Below, piece by piece: positions 7,700 to 17,400 of a stretch of DNA of 64,000 bases. Every line of letters starts with the position of its first letter. Positions within the stretch are counted from its first letter, which is position 1. The stretch is taken from NCBI GenBank assembly GCA_963770895.1, contig CAVYRF010000001.1, positions 1,504,001 to 1,568,000 on the forward strand, read 5' to 3'. The position numbers and the translations under genes were made by a program. This DNA comes from an uncultured Acidobacteriota bacterium (GTDB taxonomy: Bacteria > Acidobacteriota > Thermoanaerobaculia > Multivoradales > UBA5704). Below the pieces are notes generated by a model. That model did not search any database. It was not told the origin of the DNA and saw only the letters and a list, made by a program, of their open reading frames with translations.

Positions 7700-10216
7700 T
7701 CAAAAGTTGAACTGCAGGTTGGCAAGCGGCCGCCCGGTCGCGCTCTCGCGATCTGCCGTGGTGGCGATCGGCACGTCGCCCAGCAGGATGCCCGGCTCGC
7801 GCGCGGCCGCCGCCAGGACCGCCAGCAGCGCCTGGCCGAGCGCATCGCCGCCGTGGGGCGCCGCGTCGCCGCGCTCCAGGATGCGCAGCAGCAGGCCGCC
7901 GGCGCACTCCTGTACCCGCAGGATCAGCTCGACGTCCCGATAGGCCGGTACGGCGAAGCGCTCAGGCCCGTCCGCACCGCCCTCGCCATCCTGCAAAGTG
8001 AAGAGGCCCGGCGCCTCCGGCGGCGGCGGCGGGACCTCGACGTAACCGACCGCAAACACTGGACGCGCCTTCAGCGCGCCGGGGATCCGCAGGGTGGCGC
8101 CGAATAGGCTGGCGGCGAAGCGGCGGTGGGGCGCGGCGGCCTCCAGCCTGGCGCGCACCGCATGCGCCAGCTCGCGAAAGGCGGTGCGCTCGCTCGCCGC
8201 CAGGCGCACGGGGAACGGCTGCCCGCCGTCGCTCGCCACGATCACCGCCAGGTCGGTACGGCCGTCGAGCCGCAGCAGCGCGGCGGCGAGCGCGGCGAGC
8301 AGCAGGCTGCCCCGCTCGACACCGCAGCCGCGTGCCAGCGCATCCAGACGCGGCCGTGCCAGGTCGAGCGGCGAGCCCGAGCTCCAGGAGGCGTCCACTT
8401 CGTCCGGCCCGGCCGCCGCCATGGTGCCGCCGCGCCCTACCGAGAGCGGCGTGGCGAACTCGTCGCGCCAGTAGCGTTCGGCCTGGCGGAACGTCTCCGC
8501 GGACAGCGGCTGTCCCTGGTCGTGCGCCCCCGCCGCCCGGTCCCCCTCGGCCGCCGGGCGGTCGAACTGGCAGGAGCGGCGCAGCGCTTCGATGAGGAGC
8601 GGCGAGCCTTCGCCGCGCACCGGCTGCAGCACCTGTTCGCGCACCACCGCGTTCCAGCTGCCGAGGAAGGTATCGATCTGGTCGAACGACATGCCGCGGT
8701 TCTGCAGCAGGAACAGCGACACGAAGTTGAAGCCCGGATCGGGCACCCACTGTGGCCGATCGAAGCGGAAGAAGCAGCTTTCCACCAGATCGCAGGCGGT
8801 GCTCACGTCCATGGTGTCGTGCGACCAGGAGAAGTGATAGCCGCGGATGCCGTAGCGATCGCGCTCGTTCCAGATGGGCGTCACCGGGTCGCAGTACCAG
8901 ATCAGCGGGCGGTAGAAGTCGGGTCTGGTCTCCTCCAGGAAGTCGATGGTTTCCAGGGCGCTGGCGTAGGTTTCGCCGGGGAAGCCGAAGAAGAGGGACG
9001 CGAAGACCTTGATCCCCGCCGCCTTGAAAAGCGGAATGACCGAGAGGTAGTGCCGCTTGCGCGGCGTTTTGTGCATATTGACCAGCATCTGGTCGTTGGC
9101 CGATTCGAGGCCGAGGAACACCCCCTGGCAGCCGGCCTGCGCCATCAGCTGGACGAGCTCCTCGTCGCAGAAGTCGGCGCGGAAGAAGCAGTGCCAGCGA
9201 AAGCCGTAGCGCTGGCGGATCATCATGCGCATCATCTCTTTGAAGGTCTGCAGCGGCACGTTCGCCGTGTCGTCCACGAAGAACAGGCCGGTCACCGTGC
9301 CGACGTCGCGGATGGCGTTGAGCTCGCGCTCGATGTATTCGAGCTTCGAGACGTCGTACTTTTCGGTGCGCAGCGGAAACGAACAGAACGAGCAGGTGAA
9401 CGGACATCCTTTGGTGATGCGCACATTGACGTAGCTGCCCACCATGTCGGGCGGGAACAGCGAGTAGTCGATGAGGTTTTCGTACAGCGAGTTGAACTCG
9501 CGCTCGCTGGTGGTCAGCAGGAAGCGATCGCCCTGCCGATAGGCGATATTGGGGATGGCGGCGAAGTTGCGGTCTCCCTTGAGCGCCAGCAGGAGGCGCG
9601 CCAGCGCCTGCTCGCCCTCGCGGCTGCGCACGTAGAAGTCGGCGTCGATGTACCTGAACACCGCCTGCAGGTCGCTCTCCTCCATCGATTCGGAGCGCTT
9701 GGCGATGTAAGGTCCGCCCACCACGATGTGGGTGTCGGGGCTGTGCTCGCGCAAGAAGTTGACGACTTCCAGGATCGGTGCGTCGTAGTTGTAGATGGTG
9801 GTGGTGACCACCGCGGTCAGGTAGCGCCTGGTGCGCAGCTTTTCGCGCAGCTCGTCCTTTTGCAGTTGGAACAGGTTGATGTAGTCGAAGCTGAAGCCGC
9901 GCCGCGCCAGATAGGTCCCCAGGTACATCACCACCATCCACAGCACCTCGGTGTTGTGGAACTTGCGGCGAATGTCGAGCCCCGGCCGGCCCTCGAAGTG
10001 GAAGTGATCCAGGATGTCCATCGCCCGCCAGGGCCGGCCCTGGTACTGGATGTAGTTGAGGCTGAGGTCGCGATAGTCGGGATGGCCGGCGCCCATGGCG
10101 CGCATCATGTCGACTTCCTGCGCGAACTCGCTATCGTTGTAGCCGATGATGAGGCAGTCGGTGAGCATGGCTGGGGCTCCCACGGCGGATGGGACCTGCT
10201 GGCCCGAGGTTCCCAT
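7700..10216 (-). CDS. PhpK-like (B12-dependent class) radical SAM enzyme fused to a C-terminal half condensation domain
   Basis: 'DCLIIGYND' N-terminus, 'VVGGPYI', CxxxCxxC motif 'CPFTCSFC', 'FVDDTAN', 'GLESAN'. The C-terminal ~270 aa start 'AERYWRDEF' and resemble a C-lobe. Alternative start at 10168. Confidence 0.85.
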   Translation of the reverse strand: MGTSGQQVPSAVGAPAMLTDCLIIGYNDSEFAQEVDMMRAMGAGHPDYRDLSLNYIQYQGRPWRAMDILDHFHFEGRPGLDIRRKFHNTEVLWMVVMYLGTYLARRGFSFDYINLFQLQKDELREKLRTRRYLTAVVTTTIYNYDAPILEVVNFLREHSPDTHIVVGGPYIAKRSESMEESDLQAVFRYIDADFYVRSREGEQALARLLLALKGDRNFAAIPNIAYRQGDRFLLTTSEREFNSLYENLIDYSLFPPDMVGSYVNVRITKGCPFTCSFCSFPLRTEKYDVSKLEYIERELNAIRDVGTVTGLFFVDDTANVPLQTFKEMMRMMIRQRYGFRWHCFFRADFCDEELVQLMAQAGCQGVFLGLESANDQMLVNMHKTPRKRHYLSVIPLFKAAGIKVFASLFFGFPGETYASALETIDFLEETRPDFYRPLIWYCDPVTPIWNERDRYGIRGYHFSWSHDTMDVSTACDLVESCFFRFDRPQWVPDPGFNFVSLFLLQNRGMSFDQIDTFLGSWNAVVREQVLQPVRGEGSPLLIEALRRSCQFDRPAAEGDRAAGAHDQGQPLSAETFRQAERYWRDEFATPLSVGRGGTMAAAGPDEVDASWSSGSPLDLARPRLDALARGCGVERGSLLLAALAAALLRLDGRTDLAVIVASDGGQPFPVRLAASERTAFRELAHAVRARLEAAAPHRRFAASLFGATLRIPGALKARPVFAVGYVEVPPPPPEAPGLFTLQDGEGGADGPERFAVPAYRDVELILRVQECAGGLLLRILERGDAAPHGGDALGQALLAVLAAAAREPGILLGDVPIATTADRESATGRPLANLQFNF

Positions 10217-10250
10217 GTATAAGTGCAACCCGCAGTGCGCCGGCCGCCGG

Positions 10251-11177
10251 TCAGACCTTGCGCGCCACGATCTGGAACGAGTCCGTCGGATTCACGCATT
10301 CGCCCGGCGTCGGCGTGCGATGGAATGTCGTTTTGCCGAAACCGTCGAACAGCCGCGCGATCTCCTCCTCGCCGCTCAGCATGTGTCGGGTGTGGACGCT
10401 GGCGAACTGGCGGAACAGCTCGAGCAGGCTGTCGCGGCCGCCGTCCGGGTGCTGCGGGAAGTGGTCGCCGTGCCCGGCCAGCAGCCGCTCGGCGCGCTCG
10501 GCATAGCCGCTGCGCAGCTCGGGGGTGGTGGCGCCGCCGATCATCGCGGTGGTGACCAGGGTGCCGCCCGGCTTGAGCAGCTCCCGCCAGCGCTTGACGA
10601 TCGTCGGCTTGTCCGCCGCCTTGATGACGGTCAGGAACTCGTCGGTGACGATGAGGTCGTAGGCGCCCAGCGGCAGGTCATCGGTGAGCAGGTTGGCGCG
10701 GGCACACTCGACCTGGAAGCCATGCCGGTCGGCATACCATTGGCAGGCGCGCAGCGGGGTGCGACAGATATCGTAGATCTCGATCCGTGGGGCGGCGTCC
10801 ACCTCGACCATCGCGGCGTACAGGGTGGCCAGCATGCCGTAGTCCGCCGCCGCCGAGATCAGCACCCGGCTGTGCGGGGCGCGGCGCAGCACCGCCGTGA
10901 GCGCCTCCTGGTAGAACTCGTACCAGGGTGGCGTCGCCACCATGTTGAGCAGGCGCAGGTACTGCCACGTGCCGTGATACCAGCTGCAGCTGATGTCCGG
11001 CAGGGCCTTGGCTTCCTGGTGTGTCTTGGCCCACTCTTCCATCCCGCCGGTCTCCTTGGCGCCGCAGTGCTGGGCTGCCCACGCCTCCATCAGCGGGGCC
11101 GATTCGATCAAGAGCTCGCGGTTGAACGGATCCAGCTCGTACAGGCGGATGGCAGGAGCGGTGGCTGTCGATGGCAT
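10251..11177 (-). CDS. Class I SAM-dependent methyltransferase-fold enzyme (degenerate motif I)
   Basis: GGAGG RBS before the ATG at 11177. 'RVLISAAAD', 'IYDIC', 'YDLIVTD', 'LLKPGGTLV'; N-terminal 'CSWYHGTWQYLRLL'. Confidence 0.75.
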   Translation of the reverse strand: MPSTATAPAIRLYELDPFNRELLIESAPLMEAWAAQHCGAKETGGMEEWAKTHQEAKALPDISCSWYHGTWQYLRLLNMVATPPWYEFYQEALTAVLRRAPHSRVLISAAADYGMLATLYAAMVEVDAAPRIEIYDICRTPLRACQWYADRHGFQVECARANLLTDDLPLGAYDLIVTDEFLTVIKAADKPTIVKRWRELLKPGGTLVTTAMIGGATTPELRSGYAERAERLLAGHGDHFPQHPDGGRDSLLELFRQFASVHTRHMLSGEEEIARLFDGFGKTTFHRTPTPGECVNPTDSFQIVARKV

Positions 11178-11294
11178 TCGTCTGTCCTCCAAAGGGTTTC
11201 CATAGGGCAGCGGGCTATGGCGCCGGGGCTACGCTCTGCTCACGCCCCTCGCGCGATGCGAAACGCCAGCGTCGCGACAAAATACACCAGATAA

Positions 11295-11324
11295 TTGAAA
11301 ATTGGAATCTTCCAAAATTTTCAA
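11295..11324. promoter_or_regulatory. Inverted repeat in AT-rich divergent promoter region (putative operator)
   Basis: TTGAAAATT-N12-AATTTTCAA with inner GGAA-TC-TTCC, lying between the divergent genes starting at 11177 and 11438. Confidence 0.55.
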
Positions 11325-11437
11325 CCGGTACTACAATTAAACGCGCCGAAAGGGACTGCCTCGGTCCGCGTTCCACGCTCTGCGTCGCGCGCTCGAGGAA
11401 CCGCCCGACGGACCGCCCACGACCCCGAGGAGACCGC

Positions 11438-12199
11438 ATGGCGACAGCGCTCAACCCCGACGCCTTCGTCCGCAAGCAGGACCGGCCCCGAGCCCGCCTG
11501 CGCCTGTTCTGTTTCACCTTCGCGGCATCGAGCGCACAGCTGTTCCACGGCTGGAACGACCACGTTCCCGAATGGATCGAGGTGAGCGGCTGCGAGCTGC
11601 CGGGGCACGGCGGCCGCCTGGCGGAGACACCGGTCTCCAACCAGCACGAAGCGGCGATCGAGATCGCCGATATGTTGGAGCCGGCTATCGATCGCCCCTA
11701 CGCTCTCTTCGGCCACTGCCTGGGCGCCGCCCAGGCATACGAGGCGACCCGCCTGCTGCGCCAGCGCGGCAAAGCGCAGCCGGTGCGCCTGTTCAGCTCC
11801 GGCGCGCGGGGACCCCATCTGGGTATCCCCATCGCCGACGTCGAAAGCATGGACGACGACGTATTCATCGAGCACATGCATCAGGCGTATGCGGCGCCGA
11901 TCGCCTTTTTGCGCCACCCCGAGATGCGGCCGCTCTTCCTGCCCATGGTGCGTGCCGACGCCCGCATGACACAGAACTACCGCTACGTGTCCGGCCCGCC
12001 GGTCGACTACCCGGTGACCGCGGTGGCGGGCGAGACCGACCCCGACGTGCAGATGGAGCACCTGGTCGCTTGGCGCGACCACACCACGGCGCCGGTGACG
12101 GCGCGCATCTACCCCGGGAACCATTTCTTCTTCATCGACAGCGCGCCGCAGCTGCTCGCCGATTTCGCTCGCGAGCTCGCGGCGAGCCTGCCCGGCTGA
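11438..12199 (+). CDS. Type II thioesterase-family protein with Cys nucleophile (GHCLG)
   Basis: GAGGAG RBS. 'RLFCF', 'ELPGHGGRL', 'ALFGHCLG' (11711-11725), 'PGNHFF'. Confidence 0.9.
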   Translation: MATALNPDAFVRKQDRPRARLRLFCFTFAASSAQLFHGWNDHVPEWIEVSGCELPGHGGRLAETPVSNQHEAAIEIADMLEPAIDRPYALFGHCLGAAQAYEATRLLRQRGKAQPVRLFSSGARGPHLGIPIADVESMDDDVFIEHMHQAYAAPIAFLRHPEMRPLFLPMVRADARMTQNYRYVSGPPVDYPVTAVAGETDPDVQMEHLVAWRDHTTAPVTARIYPGNHFFFIDSAPQLLADFARELAASLPG

Positions 12200-12214
12200 C
12201 CGGAAACCTTGCCG

Positions 12215-12682
12215 ATGACGACCGGCCAGAGCCTGCAAGATCTCTACGCCCCCGCCGATCACTGCTTTGGCTGCGGGCCGGCCAACGAGCACGGCCTGCG
12301 CATCAAGAGCTATGTGGACGGCGACGAAGTGGTGGCCGAATGGACCCCCGATCGCCGTCATGAAGCGTTCGACGGCGTGGTCAACGGTGGCGTCATCGGT
12401 GCCCTGTTCGACTGCCACAGCAACTGGACGGCCGCCTGGCATCTGATGCTGCGCCACGGCGGCAGCGAGCCGCCCTGCACGGTCACCGCCGACTACCAGG
12501 TGCATCTGGTGTGGCCCACCTCGTCGCGCGGCCCGCTGCGGTTGCGCGCCTGGGTGGTGGAGTCGCAAGACGAGAGCGCCGTGGTCGAGGCCAGCCTGGA
12601 GGCGGCGGGCCGCACCACCGCCTACTGCCGTGGCACCTTTGTCGCCGTCCGGGAGGGCCATCCCGCCTTTCACCGGCGGTAG
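12215..12682 (+). CDS. PaaI-family hotdog-fold thioesterase
   Basis: 'HCFGCGPANEHGL', 'GVVNGGVIGALFDCH', 'VTADYQV'. Confidence 0.8.
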   Translation: MTTGQSLQDLYAPADHCFGCGPANEHGLRIKSYVDGDEVVAEWTPDRRHEAFDGVVNGGVIGALFDCHSNWTAAWHLMLRHGGSEPPCTVTADYQVHLVWPTSSRGPLRLRAWVVESQDESAVVEASLEAAGRTTAYCRGTFVAVREGHPAFHRR

Positions 12683-12757
12683 GAGCCCCGTGTCCGAGCC
12701 GGCCGACCGCCCCGCCCGCCCCGTGACGGAAGGCGCACCCGGGTCCGGAGTGTGCCG

Positions 12758-14086
12758 ATGAAGAGCCGCGGTATGGCAGCGTTCCTCGCCGTCTGGGCGG
12801 GGCAGGTGGTTTCCTCTCTGGGAACCGGTCTTAGCGGGTTCGCCCTCGGGGTATGGGTATACCAGCGGACGGGCTCGGCGACACGGTTCGCCCTCATTAC
12901 CTTGGTGACGACGCTGCCCGGCATTTTCCTGACACCGATCGCGGGCGCGCTGGTGGACCGCTGGGACCGTCGCCGGGCGATGATCCTGAGCAACGCGGGC
13001 GCGGGGTGCACCACCCTGATCCTCGCGCTCCTGTTCTGGTACGGCCGGCTGGAGCTCTGGCACATCTACCTCCTCCTGGCTCTCGGCTCGGCGTTCGGCA
13101 CCCTTCAGTGGCCGGCCTTTTCCGCGGCAACGACCCTGCTCGTCCCCAAGGAGCACCTCGGGCGCGCCGCCGGCCTGACGCAGGCGGGGGCAGCGGTCTC
13201 CGTGATCCTGGCCCCGGTGCTCGCCGGCGTTCTGGTAGTGAGGATCGGGCTCCAAGGGGTCGTGCTCGTCGACTGCGCGACCTTCGTCGTAGCGCTGGCT
13301 ACTCTCCTGTGCGTCCATGTGCCGCGCGCCGAGGTCACGGCGGAGGGACTGGCGACCCGGGGCTCCCTGCTGCGCGAGGCCGCATCGGGATGGTCGTACA
13401 TCCGCCAGCGGCCGGGCCTCCTGTCGCTGCTGGGTCTGAGCGCCGCGAGCAACTTCAGTGTGGGGATGATGCAGGTCCTGGTGACTCCGATGATCCTCTC
13501 CTTCACCTCGGCCGCCGTGCTGGGCCGCGTGATGTCGGTGGCCGGGGTCGGCATGCTCGCGGGCAGTCTACTGATCAGTGTGTGGGGCGGGCCCTCGCGG
13601 CGGGTTTTGGGCATCCTCGGCTTCATGATGCTCCAGGGCGCCATCCTCTTGGCTGGAGGGCTGTGGCCCAGCGCGATACTCATTGCCGCGGCGGGGTTCG
13701 TGTTCCTGTTCACCGTGCCGATCATCCTCGGCTGCAGCCAGGCCATCTGGCAGTCCAAGGTCGCGCCGGACCTGCAGGGACGGGTGTTCGCGGTGCGCAG
13801 GATGGTGGCCTGGTCGACCCTGCCGCTGAGCTACCTCATCACCGGGCCTCTGACGGACCGCGTCTTCGAGCCGCTGCTCGCGGTGAACGGCCCTCTCGCG
13901 GGCAGCGTCGGACGGCTCATCGGAGTGGGGAAGGGGCGTGGGAGCGCCCTTCTCCTCATCCTCCTCGGGGTACTCGTCATGGTGACGGCCGCGGCGTTCT
14001 CCCGGTACTCCCGGCTGCGGCAGCTCGAGTCGGAGCTGCCGGACGTACTACCGGAAACGTGGCTGGAACCGGCGTCGCAGACATAA
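12758..14086 (+). CDS. MFS transporter (NRPS-associated exporter)
   Basis: About 12 hydrophobic segments; motif A 'GALVDRWDRRRAM'; 'WQSKVAPDLQGRVF'. Confidence 0.9.
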   Translation: MKSRGMAAFLAVWAGQVVSSLGTGLSGFALGVWVYQRTGSATRFALITLVTTLPGIFLTPIAGALVDRWDRRRAMILSNAGAGCTTLILALLFWYGRLELWHIYLLLALGSAFGTLQWPAFSAATTLLVPKEHLGRAAGLTQAGAAVSVILAPVLAGVLVVRIGLQGVVLVDCATFVVALATLLCVHVPRAEVTAEGLATRGSLLREAASGWSYIRQRPGLLSLLGLSAASNFSVGMMQVLVTPMILSFTSAAVLGRVMSVAGVGMLAGSLLISVWGGPSRRVLGILGFMMLQGAILLAGGLWPSAILIAAAGFVFLFTVPIILGCSQAIWQSKVAPDLQGRVFAVRRMVAWSTLPLSYLITGPLTDRVFEPLLAVNGPLAGSVGRLIGVGKGRGSALLLILLGVLVMVTAAAFSRYSRLRQLESELPDVLPETWLEPASQT

Positions 14087-14427
14087 ATAGAAGGTTGAAC
14101 GTCATGCATGTTAAGACGACAATTTACAGGATTTCAAGTTATGCAGGACCGTAATACACTGTGTCTAGCCGTCGGCTACAAGCGGCGGGCTCAACGCCTG
14201 GGTTGATCCGCGTCGATGGGGCAAGGGGAAGCTGATGCCTTCAGTGAACATCGACCGCGCCATCGTCGACGCGACTCTCGAAGCCGGAGGCCGGAGGACA
14301 GCTTACTGCCGCGGCACTTTCGTAGCAGTCCAGGAAGGCCATCCCGCCTGTCACGAAGGGTAGTCCTTGCCATGCGGCCCAATAGCCTGATTGAAATCTT
14401 TCGAGCCGAGACTCTGGAGAGCTGGTT

Positions 14428-17400
14428 GTGACCGGGCGGCTCAAGGACCTGATCATTCTGCGCGGACGCAACTACTACCCGCAGGATATCGAGCGCACGG
14501 CCGCGCGGGTCCACCCGGCCCTGCGGCCGGACGGCGGAGCGGCCTTTTCGATCGAGCGCGAGGGCACAGCGCGCCTGGTGGTGGCGCAGGAGGTCGAGCA
14601 CGGCCGTGCGGATGTGCCGGATATGGCAGCTCTCGCCGAGGAGGTCCGGCGGATGGTTGCCGACGAGCTCGAGGTCGCGGTCGACGAGGTCGTGCTCCTG
14701 CGTAGCGGGACCCTCCCCAAGACCACCAGCGGCAAGGTCCGGCGCCAGGCTTGCCGGGAGGAGTACCTCGCGGGGAGGCTTTCCGTCGCCGGGCGCAGCG
14801 GGCTCGCCGCCGGCCGGGATCTGCCGGAAGACACCCCCACCAGCTTTGGCGATCTCGGGACGCTCGATCCGGCTGCCATCCGGGCGCTCGTCGCCGCGGA
14901 GGCCGCGCGCGTCCTCGGTCTCGACCCCGGAAGGCTGATGCCGGACCGTCCCCTCGCCGCGCTCGGACTGGACTCGCTGGCCGCTGTCGAGCTCAAGGCG
15001 GGACTGGAAGAGAAATCCGGTGTCTCCTTGTCGCTCACCCGGCTGCTCTCCGGGGCGAGCCTGGCGTCCGTCGCGGCGGAGGTGCTGGCGGGATCGGCGG
15101 TGCCGCGCCAGGTGCCGGAGTTGGAGATCGGGGCTCCTCTCGGCGACCATCCCCTCTCGGCAGGGCAGGAGGCTCTCTGGTTCTCCGACCGGCTGGCTCC
15201 GGAGGCCGCCGCTTACAATGTGGCGACGGCCGTCCACGTCGAGGGGGGGCTCGACCCGGAAGCCCTGGGGCGCTCCCTCCAGGCTCTGGCCGACCGCCAT
15301 CCGGCCCTGCGGACCACTTTCTTCTCTCAGCTCGGCGAGCCGCGCCAGATCGTTCACGAGCGCCTCGCCGTGGATTTCCGCGTCGAGCCATCGGGGTCGA
15401 AGGGGGCGGAGATCCCGCTCGTGGCCGAGGCCTACCGCCCATTCGATCTCGAAAACGAGTCTCTTCTACGGGTCCGGGTCTGGCCTCTGGAGGGTGGCGG
15501 CTGGCTTTTGCTCCTCGTCGTACACCATCTGGTGACCGATTTCTGGTCGCTCGGCCTCTTCGTCCGGGAGCTTGCAGCGCTCTATGGCGAGGCGACCGGC
15601 CAGGGACCGGCGCGGCTCGCACCCCTGCCGCTCGGCTACACCGACTACGTCCGCTGGCAGGGCAATCTTCTTGCCGGGGAGCAAGGTGAGCGGCTCTGGG
15701 AGCACTGGCGCCAACAGCTCTCGGGAGATCTTCCCGTGCTTGAGCTGGTGACGGACCGTCCCCGTCCCGCCGTCCAGACATATATCGGCCTCTCCCGCGG
15801 CCTGCGCCTCGCGCCCGAGCTTGCGGACCGGCTGCGGGCGCTCAGTCTGGCTTCGGGAACGACGCTCTTCGTCACTCTTCTGGCCGGGTTCCAGGCTCTC
15901 CTTGGCCGTTGCACCGGACAGGATGAGGTCGTGATCGGCTCCCCCACGGTGGGCCGGGGCGCCGCGCCCTTCCTGGGGGTGATGGGCTACTTCGTCAACC
16001 CGGTGGCGCTCCGCCTCTCCAGCGCCGGCGATCCTGCCTGGCGCGATCTCCTTTCGTTCGCCAAGGCGGTTTGTCTCGCCGCATTCGAGCACCGGGATCT
16101 CCCCTTTGCCACCTTGGCCGAGCGGCTCCATCCCGAGCGAGACCCCAGCCGTTCCCCGGTTTTCCAGACACTCTTCGCGCTCCAGAAGGCGCAGCGGCCG
16201 GAGGAGAGGGGCCTGGCGGAACTCGCCGCCGGAATAGAGAGGGCTCGGGCCACTCTGTCGGATCTCGAGCTCGTTGCCGTCCCCCTCGAGGAGTGCCGCT
16301 CTCCCTTCGACCTCACGTTGACGGCCGCCGATGCCGAGGCGGGCCTCCCGATCGTCCTGCAAGTCAACCGCGACCTCTTCGATCCCGCTACGGCGGAACG
16401 CCTTCTGCGTGCTCTCGAAAATCTGCTGTACGCCCTGGCTGAGGATCTCGATGCCCGAGTCTCCGCGGCCGAGATGCTCGGGGACGCGGAGCGCCGGCAA
16501 TGCGAGGCCTGGAGCCGCACCACGGTCGAGCTGCCGCGCGGCCTCTGCCTGCCGGACCTCTTCGCCGCGCAGGCGGAGCGCACTCCGGGGCGAGAGGCCC
16601 TCGTCGCCGGCAGTGAGCGTCTCACCTACCGAGAGCTGAGCCGTCGGGTGGAGATCCTGGCGCGGAGGCTTCGCGTCCTCGGCGTCGGACCGGAGAGCCG
16701 GGTCGGGGTTTCCGTCGGCCGATCCGCCGATCTCGTCGTCGCGCTTCTCGCGGTCTTGCGGGCAGGCGGCGCCTACGTGCCGCTCGACCCCGTTCAGCCC
16801 GCCGAGCGGCTCGCCTGGATGCTGCAGGACTCCGGGGCGGAGGTGTTGCTCGTCGAGGAGCGCCTCGCTCCAGGCCTGCTGGCAGCCGGGGTGCCCGCAC
16901 GCTGCCGAATCGTCTTGCTCGACCGCGGCGCGCACCGCAGCAGAGCCCAGCGGGGGATCCAGGGACGGCAAGATCCCATACTGCCCGGAAATCTCGCCTA
17001 CCTGATCTATACCTCGGGATCGACGGGACGGCCGAAGGGAGTGGCGATCGAGCACCGGAGCGCGGTGACGCTCGTACAGTGGGCGCGGCAGGTCTTCACG
17101 GACGCCGAGCTGTCCGGGGTCCTCGCCGCCACCTCGATCGGCTTCGACCTCTCGGTCTTCGAGCTCTTCGTACCTCTTTGCTGGGGTGGCCGGGTGATCC
17201 TGGCCGAGAATGCCCTGGCCCTCCCCGGACTGCCCGCGGCGGGCGAGGTGCGGCTGGTCAACACCGTGCCTTCGGTCCTCGCCGAGCTGGTCCGTGGGGA
17301 GGACGGGCTGGAGCTGCCGGGCTCGGTCACCACGATCAACCTGGCCGGAGAGCCCCTGCCGCGCTCCCTGGTGCGGGCCATCCACGAGAAACACCCGGCG

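Noticed and set aside
10251-11177. Firm call as azetidine-2-carboxylate synthase (VioH/AzeJ)
   Set aside because: The context is suggestive, but family membership cannot be verified by eye; kept as a hypothesis only.
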